Source: Octopus sinensis | Taxonomy: Eukaryota | Assembly (NCBI RefSeq): GCF_006345805.1 | Contig: NC_043000.1 | Location: forward strand, 75,392,001 to 75,456,000 | DNA: 64,000 nt | Direction: 5' to 3' | Shown here: piece by piece, positions 1 through 11,577 of the stretch | Numbering within the stretch: the stretch's first letter is position 1 | Layout: each line of letters begins with the position of its first letter | Notes under the pieces: model-generated | What the model was told of the DNA's origin: nothing | Databases searched by the model: none | What the model saw: the letters and a program-made list of their open reading frames with translations, nothing else | Made by a program: the position numbers and the translations under genes

Positions 1-272
1 ATTACAAATTTTGAAAACACAATAGGAACAAATTTCGGAAAAAAATCTCCCAAAATTCACGGAATTAAAATTACACTTCGATTATTGTACAAAACTGTAG
101 TTGAACTGTTTACGAAGTATAATACGTGTTTTCACGAATGTACTAAAGAGATTTGCTCTGATATTCTCATTTAAATATGAATAGGTAAATTCGGGCGGCT
201 TGGGGCGGTTTGGTCACATTAACCAAAATTTTTTTCGGGCGGCTTTGGGCGGTTTGGTAACGAAAGGGTTAA
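1..272 (-). mobile_element. piggyBac-type element terminus (5' end of a minus-strand element, cut by the window edge)
   Basis: Ends ...CGAAAGGG followed by TTAA (269-272). 60-272 is visibly homologous to the terminus of the piggyBac remnant at about 6040-6187 (shared ACGTGTTTTCA(C/T)GAATGTACTAA). Confidence 0.7.
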
Positions 273-504
273 TGAATGTTTAATGCATTAGTTACCATAG
301 TTAAATACATTACCTTCTGTTTCACTCAATCTTGAAAATGAAGAATTTAGTAGAATAACTTTGTCATTATTAAGCTGGTGTTTGGAACAATTAATATGAA
401 ATTTGGATCTTTACCCTTTGAACGGCAGATCGAGAAATTGATTTTTTGTAATTAGAAATACCTGGTATGGTGCCCAGGTGTGCAGAAAGCCTACCAGTGT
501 GGAT

Positions 505-726
505 CAGACCCTTTAGTGTTGACTCTCACAACTGATCTAGGAGACGAAACACTCTTACAAGAAAATCCTGCGATCGTTTTATCATCTGATGTGTGGCACA
601 CCGTGCACCTGTACAGACCATGTTAATTCGATGGAAAGAGTGTGCTTTGTTCAGCACAAGCAATGACCACTTTAAACAAGTCTAAGTGCCGGTTGTTAAG
701 TAAACCATTTTCACTCAATAACACCT
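505..726. repeat. 222-bp dispersed repeat, copy 1 (inverted relative to 2619-2840)
   Basis: Reverse complement of 2619-2840, with about 3 mismatches by eye. Confidence 0.9.
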
Positions 727-865
727 GAGGTTTGGCGCATCGATGTGTGCTTTTTTTTTTTTTTTAAGGTACACATGCGGTGTCACAAGGCTTAGGAATT
801 GTTGAAGGTTATTTACTGAACCCTCATTCATCGTCTTCGATGAGAGAATCCACCATACATATATA

Positions 866-1017
866 CAACGGGCTTTTTTCAGTTTCCATCTACCAAATCC
901 ACTCACAAGGCTTTGGTCAGCCTGAGGCTATAGTAGAAGACGCTTGCCCAAGGTGCCATGCAGTGGGACTGAACCCAGAACCATGTGGTTCATAAGCAAG
1001 CTACTCACCACACAGCC
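866..1017 (-). mobile_element. tRNA-derived SINE (octopus OK/OR-like family)
   Basis: Minus strand reads GGCTGTGTGGTGAGTAGCTTGCTT...GGTTCAGTCCCACTGC... (A/B-box-like head). Same family as 63419-63573. Confidence 0.8.
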
Positions 1018-1809
1018 TTCATAGTTATTTCATGTTAAAGTTGTCGTATTTTGGTAATTTCAACCAATCAATGACGTGTATTCAGCTGAATAAAATTAGC
1101 GATGTTGTTTGTCAACAACTTCCGGCAGTGTATATTTCGTTTGTCACTGTTATTTATGACATATTTCATCTCAGTTATATTTGTATGAATAAACAAGTGT
1201 ATCTGAAGCATGTTTACTTCATGGCACCACGACAATCGTTTGTGCATTTCTACAGTTTTTAGGGTTTTTTCCTGTTTTTCAGCTACTAGTTTCAGAAAGA
1301 CTTTTTTGCCTCCCACCAACTCCAATTTCTTCACTTTTCACTTTTTTCCATAACTCTAACCCTAAAATCCCAACCCTAACACTAACCCTAAAACCCTAAC
1401 CCTAACTCTAAAACCCTAAAGCTAAAACCAGTACAAACACACGAACGATGTCGTAAATAACAGTGACAAACAAAATATACACCGCCAACAAACAACGGCA
1501 GTAATTTTATTCAGCTAAATGCACGTCATTGATTGGTTGGAATTACCGAAATACGACTACTTTAATACGAAATAACTTTGAAAATATAAACTTTTCTCAA
1601 CAACACTAAGAGTAAAAGATGTTTTATATGACACATTCTACCAGTATACGAAGTTTGAAAGTGTTTAGTTACAAAAAATTAATTTCTCGATCTGCCGTTC
1701 AAAAGGAAAAGATCCTGAAATTTTAACGGATGGTTTTAATCTAGATCTCTTTAAAACAGGAAATTTGTATCATACAACTCTCAGGCAGGTTGGTATCAAA
1801 AAGGCTAAT

Positions 1810-4505
1810 TGAAAGATAGTTGGATTGTAAATTGTTGGTTGAAATTTGGTTTGATTGTGCATTATTAATTAAAGGGAATTGGACAGTGAAATAGAGTTGT
1901 ATTGTGTTTGTAGTTTGAAAGAATGTTAGACTGAACTTTTCATTAATGGTTGAAACAGAATAACTGTTTGGTCTGTTGGTTCCAAATGAGTTAGACTGTG
2001 ATCTGTTCCTAGAAATGTAGTTATGCTGAAGTATTTGTTGAAAGAGATTTAGACTTTGAAATTTTGATTGAGAAAGAATTAGATAATGAAGTATTCATTG
2101 CAATGGGATTGAAAGGTAGTTCATCTATGAAACATTAGTTGAATGAGAGTTACACTGAACTTTCAGTTGAATGAATTAAATTGTGAACTGGTTGAAAAAG
2201 TTTTACTGTGAGCTTTTGGATGAAAGAAAGTTATACTGTGAAGTGTTAGTAATTAGACTGTGAGTTGAAAAGGATTTAGATTCTGAACAGTTGGCTGAAG
2301 AGAGTGAAATGGAGAATTGTTGTCTGAAACAAAATTAGACTGTTATCTATTGGTGGAAAGATAGTTAAACTGTAAACTATTGGTTGCAAAGGAGTTAGAT
2401 TGAACTGTTGGTTGAAAGGATTAGACTGATAACTGTTGCTGAAAATGGAATAATGGAATTAGACTGTTGGCTGAAAAATTGGAAGGCTGTGAACTGTTGG
2501 TTGAAAGTGAGTTAGACCAGGAAATAATGGTTGGAAAGGAATTGGGTGTGAACTTATGATTGCAAAAGAATTAGACTGTGATCTAGCGGGTGAATGGCAG
2601 ACTGAATTGTTGGTTGAAAGGTGTTATTGAGTGAAAATGGTTTACTTAACAACCGGCACTTTGACTTGTTTAAAGTGGTCATTGCTTGTGCTGAACAAAG
2701 CACACTCTTTCCATCGAATTAATATGGTCTGTACAGGTGCACGGTGTGCCACACATCAGATGATAAAACGATCGCAGGATTTTCTTGTAAGAGTGTTTCG
2801 TCTCCTAGATCAGTTGTGTGAGTCAACACTAAAGGGTCTGTGAATTGTTGACTAGAAAAAATTTTGTCTGTATTCTGTTAGCCAAAAGGTAGTTGGATTA
2901 TGAACCATTAGTAGAAAGATAGTTAAACTGTGAAGTGTTAGTTGAAAGGGTTAGACTCAGAAAGACAATTAGACTTAACCTTTGGGTGAAAATAATTTAA
3001 GTTACAAACTCTTGATTAAACTGTTGATTGTGAGAAAGTTAGAATGTGAACTTTTGGTTGAAAAGAAGGTAGATTGAGAATTAGTGTGAACTGTTGACTG
3101 GAATTTAGTTAGGTTGTGGAATTTTGATTATAAGAGAGTTTAATTGAGAACTATTGGTTGAAAGTGTTAGGTTTTAAACTGATGGGTAATAGACTGTAAA
3201 CCTTTGAGGGTTAGATTGTGAAGTTTTAATTGAAAGAGAGTTGGATTGTGTACCATTAGTTGAACTTTAGTTAGACAATGAAATGTTAATAGAAGGTGAG
3301 TTAGACTGAATTGTTGGTGGAAAGGTGGTTAGACTGTGAACTATTGGTTGAAAGGAAGTAGGTCATCGACTTGATTTAATGGGTTGGACTTTTAAGTGTT
3401 GGTTGAAAAAGTTAGACTACAAAATGCTGGTTGAAATGTAGTCAGACTATGAGCTGTTGCTTGAAAAGGAGTTTGATTGTGGACTGTTAATTGAAAGGTA
3501 GTCTGATTTGTGGTTGAAATTTAGAGTATGAACTGTTGTTTGAAAGCAGGTTAGATGGTGAAGTGATGGTTGGAAGAGAATTAGACTGAAATGGAATTAG
3601 GTAGTGAACTGTTGGTCGCAAGAAAGTTTTACTGTGAAATGTTGGTTGAAAAGGGAGATACATTGTGAATGATTAGTTGACAGGTAGTTGGATTTTGAGC
3701 TGTGATTGAAAAAGAATTTAGTTGTAGACTTGATGGAAAGAAAATTAAACTGGAAACTGAAAGACAGTTATATTTTGAACTGTTGACTGATAGGGAGTTA
3801 GACTGAACTGTTGGTTGAAAGTGAATGTTATTGTGAACAATTGGCTGAAAGGTAGTGAGACTGAGCTATGGTAGGAAGGGAATTTGGCTGTGAAGTATTG
3901 GCTGAAAAGAAATTGAGAACTGTTAGTCAAAATAGAATTATACTGGGAACTGTTGATGGAAAGATTATTAGATTATGAACTGTTGGTTGAAAAAGAGTGA
4001 GAGTGTGAAATGATTGTTGCAAGAGTGTTAAGCATTGAACTGTTAGTTAAAAGGTAAGTAGGCTGTAAACTGCTTGTTGACATGGAATTAAACTGATGTT
4101 GTTGAAAGTGAGTTCAATTCTGAACTGTTGGTTGAAAAGGATTTGATGGTGAGATGTTGATTGAGAGATAGTTAGACTTTCGACTCAGTTGAAAGCTGAT
4201 TAGATAAGGAAGCATTGTTTGAAAGGCAGTTACACCGTGAACAGTTAGTTGAAATGAAATTAAATTGTTATTTGTGGATTGGAATAGTTAGATTGTGAAC
4301 TGTTAGTTGAAAAGTTTTGGACTGAAAACTATTGGATGAAAGAAAGTTATCCTTTGAATGGTTAAAAGTTAGCATGAGCTGTTGTTGAAATTTTGTTGAA
4401 AGGGAGTTTGGCTTTGAACTTTTGTGTTTTGTGAGTTAGACTGTAACCTGTTTGCGGAAAGAGTTAGATTGTGCACTGTCACTTGAAAAGGCATTGGACT
4501 GTAAG
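1810..4505. repeat. Degenerate ~28-30 bp minisatellite array (consensus approximately GTTAGACTGTGAACTGTTGGTTGAAAGG)
   Basis: Recurrent GTTAGACTGTGAACTGTTGGTTGAAA motif throughout, with strong G+T strand bias. Interrupted by the 222-bp repeat and the piggyBac remnant. Confidence 0.85.
2619..2840. repeat. 222-bp dispersed repeat, copy 2, inserted in the minisatellite
   Basis: Near-identical inverted copy of 505-726. Confidence 0.9.
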
Positions 4506-4509
4506 ATGA

Positions 4510-6187
4510 GCTGAACTCAGGGGGATATCACTCTGGTAGGTTTTGCTTTTCCTTCCTGCAGTTATTATTTTTTGGGGGAGGAATAACCTGCCCTCAACTG
4601 CATTGCTATATCTGCTCAGAACTGCAGATGGTTGCACTACTTGCAACCCCTCCTGATTTGGTATATAATATAAATATATTTACAATGCTCATGTTTGCTA
4701 TATACCAAGCCAGGTATCATCACCATTTATTACCGTCTACCAACTGGATAATAACTCATCTTCTGGTTCAGCTGATCCACACCTCCCATGTACCTGTTAT
4801 AATTGAGGTTCACAAACGGGGTACAGTTTTCATCTACACATGGTTGTGCACCAGTAGCTAGAAAAATTTATCTGCCTCTTAACTCTGTATGTGGTTGCTA
4901 GCAGATTTCCTTTCTGCCGTTGGATTATTTCACCTCTTCTTTTTAGTTTTGTTTTTTTTATATCCAACGGCAACCCTTTTCTATTGCAATTACTGTAGCA
5001 CACGTATATGTTGTCACAGCTTCTAAATCCACTGCAAGTTTGACTGAACTAAAAAATCAGTCAAAAAATAAATAATATACAGCCCTGGTTATGGCATGGA
5101 AATGATAAATTCCAGACTTCATTGTACCCTAGGCCATGATAACTAACATAGTTGTCTCTTTTCCCAGTATAAAAACTAAACCAACAGCAGTAACCAGTAT
5201 TTGCTTCGCAAATTTTCCAAACTTTGATACCCCACATCGTGGGCTTTCTGGGCATATACTGTCAGAAGCGTACCCTTCCTTTATACTCCACCATGCCATC
5301 ATTGACGGATAAGTATCTGTCAGGGTTGTAAAGTGTTTTATATGCATTTTGAATGCGGTCGATAAGGGGTCTTATTTTAAATAAGGGATCAAACTTTGGT
5401 TCACCACATACTGGGGTACTGCTACTGTCTCTCACATTTAAATACTGGTTCAATTTCGTGAATCGTATTCGTGACATAATACTAGAAATGTACATATCTA
5501 CAAAAGGTTCCTGATTGCTCCAGTAATTTGTAATCCTGGGTAATTGTCTTATACCCATAATAATATTTATGGCAAACAATGCTCGTATTTCTTCTACCAC
5601 AAGCTTTCTTTTTTTCCAATCTGTTTATATTCTGCGTAACGGTTTCTTTCTGCAGTGATGGCTTCAAACAAGCTTACTGGAAAAAATAAGAAAACAAAGT
5701 CTAATGGTTTTGCTTCCTGAGGAAGGCTATGAGTAGATCCTGTCTCCTCAGAAAAATTATTAATAAAAATATTTTTTAACCTTTTACTCCATTCTGGTGC
5801 AAAATCGTCCTCTCTATTGCTGCTTTCAGTTTCAGATACAGAAATGTCTGATTCATTCTCAAACACCACGTGCTTCTGTGCTTCACTCATTCTTTTTCTC
5901 GATATTTCCATATCTTCCATCGAAAAGCCCTGAAATTTGGAATCACTGCTTGATAGCATGAAACTCCTATCCATTTTCAAAGTTGAAAAAAAATCAATGC
6001 AGAAAAAATGGGGGAAAAATAGTTAAGATATCACATCAAACAGTGTTGGATACTATAACTCAATTATTTACAAAGTGAAATCACGTGTTTTCATGAATGT
6101 ACTAATGAGATTTGTGTTCAAATTCACATTTAAATAACAATGAGTACACTTGGCTGGCTTTGGCTAGGTTGGTATCGAAAAGGTTAA
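4510..6187 (-). mobile_element. Decayed piggyBac (DDE_Tnp_1_7 / PGBD4-like) transposon, 3'-truncated
   Basis: Frameshifted minus-strand fragments: PLDFVFLFFPVSLFEAITAERNRYA, IRALFAINIIMGIRQLPRITNYWS, MPRKPTMWGIKVWKICEANTGY, and NYNRYMGGVDQ near 4770-4810. The 5' terminus ends in AGG followed by TTAA (6184-6187). Confidence 0.9.
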
Positions 6188-6445
6188 AAAATTGAACTAT
6201 AAACTATTGATTAAAAGGTAGTAAGACTGTGATGGTTGAAGGGGTTAAACTGAACTGCTTGTTGAATGAAAGATTGAACTGCTAATTGAAAGATAGTTAG
6301 ACATAGACTAACTGTTGGATGAAAGGTGATTAGACTGAACTGTTGATTGAAGTATTAGTTGAAAGAGAATTTGATTGTGAATTGATGGTTAAAAGAATTA
6401 GATTGTAAACAATTGGTTGAAAAAGAGTTAGACTATTTTGTTAAA
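6188..6445. repeat. Continuation of the ~28-30 bp minisatellite
   Basis: Same TTAGACTG(T)GAACTGTTG(G/A)TTGAAA units resume after the piggyBac TTAA. Confidence 0.8.
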
Positions 6446-6540
6446 GGGGACACTATCATTCACTTTGTATTAGCTTTCAATGAAACTACATGGTCAGTTG
6501 TAAATTGTATCAACATCCTTTTTTTTCTTCTTGGTTTTAG

Positions 6541-7567
6541 GAAGAGGGTAACAAATTTTTGCAAGCTGTCGACAGCAACTGCAGTAACCAGGAATATGGC
6601 AAAAACTTTGTTCTAGACTCAGATGTTCAAACTGTTGGAAAAGTTTCCTTATCCCCAGAGGAGACTCTGTGTTCTGAAAGTTTCTTATTTTCTGACTGTA
6701 GTTATGGATCAGGTTGTGATGCTACTGACAATAAAAATACAGATTTAGATGGTCAGATGTTATACACTTGTGCATATTCAAATTCAGTAAAAAACACTGA
6801 AAACATTAATAATCTTTGTCAAACTAATTTGGAAGAAGATGGCTTAGAGCTTAGTCCCAAACAGGAGGTTACAAGACCAGTTTCTTTAGCATTTACCTCA
6901 AATAAAAAACTAGTTTCTTCTAAGACTCCAGATATGTCATCTTTTCTAATAGCTTCTCCAATAATTGATGGTCCTAAGAACATTGAAGAGAATCAAACAG
7001 AAGCTGATTTATCAACAAACTCTCCAAAACCTAAAAAGAGAAGAACTGTGAGAAATCTGTCTCCATTTCAGATAGTCAGTCAAAATGCTCTGAAGGTCAG
7101 TACATCTAAAAGTCAGTCTTGTAGATTAATGAAAGAAAGTAAAAGGAAACAAAAAATTTATGTGAAAGAAAATTGTCTTCCAAATCCCTTTTCTCCAGTA
7201 GATCCTGATAAAACAGTACCACCAGAAAATTGGAACACTACAACTGTTATGCAACCTTCTGAAATGAATGATGTGTTAACAGAAGGTTCCTCAGAACATG
7301 CTGGTGTTAAAAATAGGTCAAGAAATAATGGAATTAGGGTTGTTAAGGAACTTGTAACTGATTCCTTGCATAATGGTAGTTTAGCTCCAAGCATGTGTAT
7401 GACAGAATTTCTTTTGGAGAATGATGAACCAACCAATAATAAACCAGAAATTGCATCTAAGAAATTTGGTCCCACAAAAACAAGACACATTGAAGAACCT
7501 TTGATTATAGTTCCAAGTGATAGCTATAAGTTTGAGGATGGTAAACCAGAAGAAGTGCTAATCAGAG
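6541..7567 (+). CDS. RBBP8: CtIP/RBBP8 large internal exon (low-complexity central region)
   Basis: Acceptor TTTTTTTCTTCTTGGTTTTAG|GAA, 342 open codons (EEGNKFLQAVDS...KPEEVLIR), donor AG|GTCAGT. S/T-P-rich with a basic patch PKPKKRR. Assigned to RBBP8 by strand and position upstream of the SAE2 exons, not by its own sequence similarity. Confidence 0.65.
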
Positions 7568-7819
7568 GTCAGTTCTTAGCTATTATTTTGATTATTTTAG
7601 CACCCTTGTTTATTTACTTCTTCACTATTGTTATGTGTGTTTATTTGCATTTCTACTTTTACCTTACTTTGTTGCCTGATTTGATGTCCTGATTGAGTAT
7701 CCTACTATATTGTATTTAATCAAATTAAACCATTCATGGCATGGTTAAATGTACAGCTTTAGGACAGTACTGCTATGTGTGCATGGATCTCATATGTATG
7801 GGTTGGATTACTCAGTAAT

Positions 7820-9538
7820 TTAACCCTTTAGTGTTTAGACAGGCCAAAACCAGCCAAAAATTATTCCCCTTATTTGTTTGAATCAGCCAAATCCAGCCGT
7901 ATCTGATTCCTCTACAAATTTGCTAAAAAAATAAACAAATCACATTATTGAAATCTCGTAGCTTTGAGATAATATGAGATAAAGCCTTTCCTGCCTTTAT
8001 TCAAGTAAAAATATGGTAAAAATTTTGAGACTTCTTGGTTTTTTACAACATTTGAAGAGAAGTGTATATCTTAGTTTTTAACGATATGGCGTCAGCAAGT
8101 AGCAATTCTGACTTTGAAAGCTTTACTCATGATGATGTACAAAACATAAATGAAAACAGTGACTTGTCTTCAGACAAATCATATTGACATTTATGAATCT
8201 TTGTTGAAAAAGAAAGATTTTGATAATGAAAGTGATGAAAATGATATTTTTATTTTTACTGTAAAGTTTTTTGAAACAGTTACGAAGGAAACAAAGATGT
8301 TCAATGCATAATTTCTATTTGTGGAAGACCTGATCCACTATGACAACTAACTGATAATGCGGAAATGTGAGCTTTTTTTACTATAGACATTATGTTTGGT
8401 ATCAAGCAGCTTCCTCAACTGTGAAACTACTGGAATCCTGATATAAGGTATGGTGATCCATATATCTCCAGCATTATGTCTAACTATAGTGAATTCATAT
8501 ATTGTTTATGTAAAAAGCCACAAGGTACCTCCACTACTAAAGGACTACGACCATTTGAAATTTCGGTTGACATCACATCTCAGTTTCATGAGTTCTGTGT
8601 TTTCCAGAAAGCACAGAACTGGGAGAAAAGCAAAATTAACTGAGGCGGATGTCAACAGAGAAAATATCTACTTCCATTTAGTGGAAAAAATAAATGGAAG
8701 TAAAAAAATTTGTACACCATGTTTGCTGCAAAAAAGAAAAATTGCGAAAGGATATCAGGTCGAGACCTCATTTATGTATTCATTTTGCAAAGTGCCCTTG
8801 TGTAAAGGGTGCTTTGGACAGTTTCACGATAGAAATATAGCATAAGTATATTTTGTTGTTTAATAGTAATACTATCCTATATTCCTTTCATTTTATTATA
8901 AATAATATGTGAAAGTGAGAGATACATATTAATTTTCAGTATGTATTCACTTGTATTCACTTTTGCCTCACCTGTTAATGAGCTTTTTTTATTAGATGCA
9001 TTCTGTTATGTAAATGTATTCATTGAATTGTATACAAGTGCATAGCCAATAGTATATTGACTAGTAAAAGAGTTTTATACTTTATTTTCAATGAAAAATT
9101 TTGAATGAAATATAGAGAAAGAATAAAATCTTGTGCCAATTACACCTGTATTTTAATTAATTCAAATTAATGTACCTCGTCTTGAAAAGTGACAAAATTG
9201 TTGGCAGTTGACATCTGGGATAATTTTAGTAACAAATCAAACAGGTAAGATGCATTAAGAATTTCAATTTTAGTGTTTATCCATAATGTTATTGCTTTTA
9301 CAACTGTTAATTAAATTTACCTGCCCAGTCAAATTTAATCAACAAGAAAAGCTAAAATTACATAACTATAATCCGCTGGTATATAAGCACTCTCTGACAA
9401 AATTTCAAATCTGTATGTAAAAAATTAACAAAGTTACAAGAAAATATTGTAGACATCTCTCTTGAACCTGAATAATTCAAATAACATGATCAAATAAGTA
9501 TTACATTTGACAGATTAATCTGAACACTAAAGGGTTAA
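7820..9538 (+). mobile_element. Internally deleted piggyBac with both TIRs and TTAA TSDs
   Basis: TTAA-CCCTTTAGTGTTTAGA ... TCTGAACACTAAAGGG-TTAA (15/16 TIR match). N-terminal fragments (MASASSNSDFESF..., DIMFGIKQLPQL*NYW) are fused to the C-terminal region with a Cys-rich domain (CTPC...FCKVPLCKGCFGQFH, ORF 8450-8845). The catalytic core is absent. Confidence 0.9.
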
Positions 9539-9705
9539 ATATCAGTATAGAATAATGTACTCACTGCATTTGGTACAAATACCTGATGCCCTGTGTAAGA
9601 TATAGATGTAAGAACAATCTATTATGATACCTGCTGAAACAGCTAAACACTGCATGAGTTGGTTCATTGACTATATTAAATACTTGACTAGACCAACACA
9701 CTGTA

Positions 9706-11267
9706 CATTCATCTTTCAACTTTCCATGCTGGCATGAGCTGGACAGTTTGACTGAGGACTGGTGAGCCAGAGGCTGCACAAGGCTCAATCTGGTCTGGCA
9801 AAGTTTCTGCAGCTTGATGCCCTTCCTAACGCCAACCACTCCTAGAATGTAGTGGGTGCTTTTACATGCCACCAGCACGAGGACCAGTCAAGCGGTTCTG
9901 GCAACAACCACGCTCATGCTCAAAAGGTGTTTTTACATGCTACCTGCATGGGAGCCAGTCCGGAAGCACTAGCAACGACCACACTCGAATGTTGTTTTTC
10001 ACATGCCACCAGCATGTGCCGGTAAGGCGACACTGGCAACAATCATGCTCAAATGGTGCTTTTCATGTTTCACCGGCATGGGAGCTAATCCATGCCCTGG
10101 CAACGATCACTCTTGGATGTGCTTTTAACGTTCCACTAGCACGAGTGCCAATCAGGCGGTACTGTCATTGGCCAAGTCAGCAATTTTGGTTTGTTTAACT
10201 TGCCTCAACAGGTCTTCACAAGCAAAGTTTATTGTCCAATGAATGAGGGGTATTCATAAGTGGGCTGGTTACACCCCACGTTCGGATGTGCTTTTAACGT
10301 TCCACTAGCACGAGTGCCAATCAGGCGGTACTGTCATTGGCCAAGTCAGCAATTTTGGTTTGTTTAACTTGCCTCAACAGGTCTTCACAAGCAAAGTTTA
10401 TTGTCCAATGAATGAGGGGTATTCATAAGTGGGCTGGTTACACCCCACGTTCGGATGTGCTTTTAACGTTCCACTGGCATGAGTGCCAATCAGGCAATAT
10501 ACTGTCATCGGCCACGTCAGCAATTTTGATTTTGATTTCACTTACCTCAATAGGTCTTCACAAGCAAGGTTTATTGTCTCATGAATGAGGGGTATTCATA
10601 AATGGGCTGGTTACACCCACTGGCATAGGCCATGGTCTCACTTGGCTTGTCAGGTCTTCTCAAGCACAGCATATCTCCAAAGGTCCCAGTCACTAGTCAT
10701 TGCCTCGATAAGGCCCAATATTTGAAGGTCATGCTTCACCACCTCATCCCAAGTTTTCCTGGGTCTACCTCTTCCACAGGTTCACTTAACTGCTAAGGTG
10801 TGACACTTTTTCACACAGCTGTCATCATTCATTCGCAACACATGACCATTCCAGTGCAGTCGTCTCTCTTGCACACCACATCTGATGCTTCATAAATCCA
10901 ACTCTTCTCTCAGGGCGCTTACACTCTGTTGTGTATGCACACTGACATTACACATCCAGCGGAGCATACTGGCTTCATTCCTTGCAAGCTTATGCATGTC
11001 TTCAGCAGTCACGGCCCATGTTTCACTGCCATGTAGTATGGCAGTTTGCACACATGCATCATACAGTCTACCTTTTACTCTGAGCGAGAGGCCCTTTGTC
11101 AGCAGAGGTAGGAGCTCTGTGAACTTTGCCCAGGTTATTCTTATTCTAGCAGCTACACTTTCAGAGCATCCACCCCTGCCACTGGCTTCGTCCCCTAGGT
11201 AACGGAAGCTATCAACTACTTCTAGTTTTTTCTCCCTGGAATGTGACAGAAGCTGTTCTCTGCACAT
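9706..11267 (-). mobile_element. 5'-truncated RTE-clade LINE (ORF C-terminus plus 3' UTR)
   Basis: Minus ORF 10890-11267 (KLEVVDSFRYLGD...AILHGSETWAVT) is nearly identical to the C-terminus of the 55-59 kb RTE. 3' UTR module and degenerate GAT tail at about 9706-9720. Confidence 0.9.
10115..10620. repeat. 169-bp tandem triplication within the RTE 3' UTR
   Basis: GGATGTGCTTTTAACGTTCCACT starts at 10115, 10284 and 10453. Copies 1 and 2 look identical; copy 3 is more diverged. Confidence 0.9.
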
Positions 11268-11577
11268 TTTCTGTGTTTATAGCACCCGAGCATTTGCCGC
11301 ATATAAAACCTATCTTCCCAGTTAGCCTTCCTTTAATATTGTTGCATGTGAAGATGTAAAAAATTGTAATTACCAGCAGGCCAGTACTTCCACTGTGAGG
11401 AGGAACACTGGCTATATAACATTGATGTGGCTGATAATCAGATGTTGGGGAGGAATGTTTGACAAATTTCTGTACTGGGGTTTAGTTGAGGATTTAGTGT
11501 AGTGTTTGACAGTGGATGGTCACAGGAGAAGAGAAAATTGTAGCAAGGTGGCTTTGGAGCTTGCTAGTTTCGTAGAT

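Larger units (their letters stand above)
405..1715. mobile_element. Non-autonomous TIR element, probably Merlin superfamily (GG...CC termini, 8-bp TSD)
   Basis: Left end GGATCTTTACCCTTTGAACGGCAGATCGAGAAATT matches the reverse complement of the right end, GGATCTTTTCCTTTTGAACGGCAGATCGAGAAATT. Perfect TSD TGAAATTT at 397-404 and 1716-1723. Further inverted homology between about 1025-1110 and 1490-1580. Confidence 0.75.
273..1807. mobile_element. piggyBac-like MITE remnant (273-404 plus 1724-1807) split by the Merlin-like insertion
   Basis: The two halves rejoin across the duplicated TGAAATTT. The right half ends GGTTGGTATCAAAAAGGCTAA, resembling the piggyBac end GGTTGGTATCGAAAAGGTTAA at about 6167-6187. 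Confidence 0.5.

Noticed and set aside
1353-1430. CCCTAA-like repeats as a telomere or interstitial telomere
   Set aside because: Short, degenerate and internal to a TIR element.
7568-7692. Hydrophobic, TM-like C-terminus of ORF 6559-7692 (GQFLAIILIILAPLFIYFF...)
   Set aside because: It follows a good splice donor (AG|GTCAGT) and is T-rich intron read-through; it is not evidence for a membrane protein.
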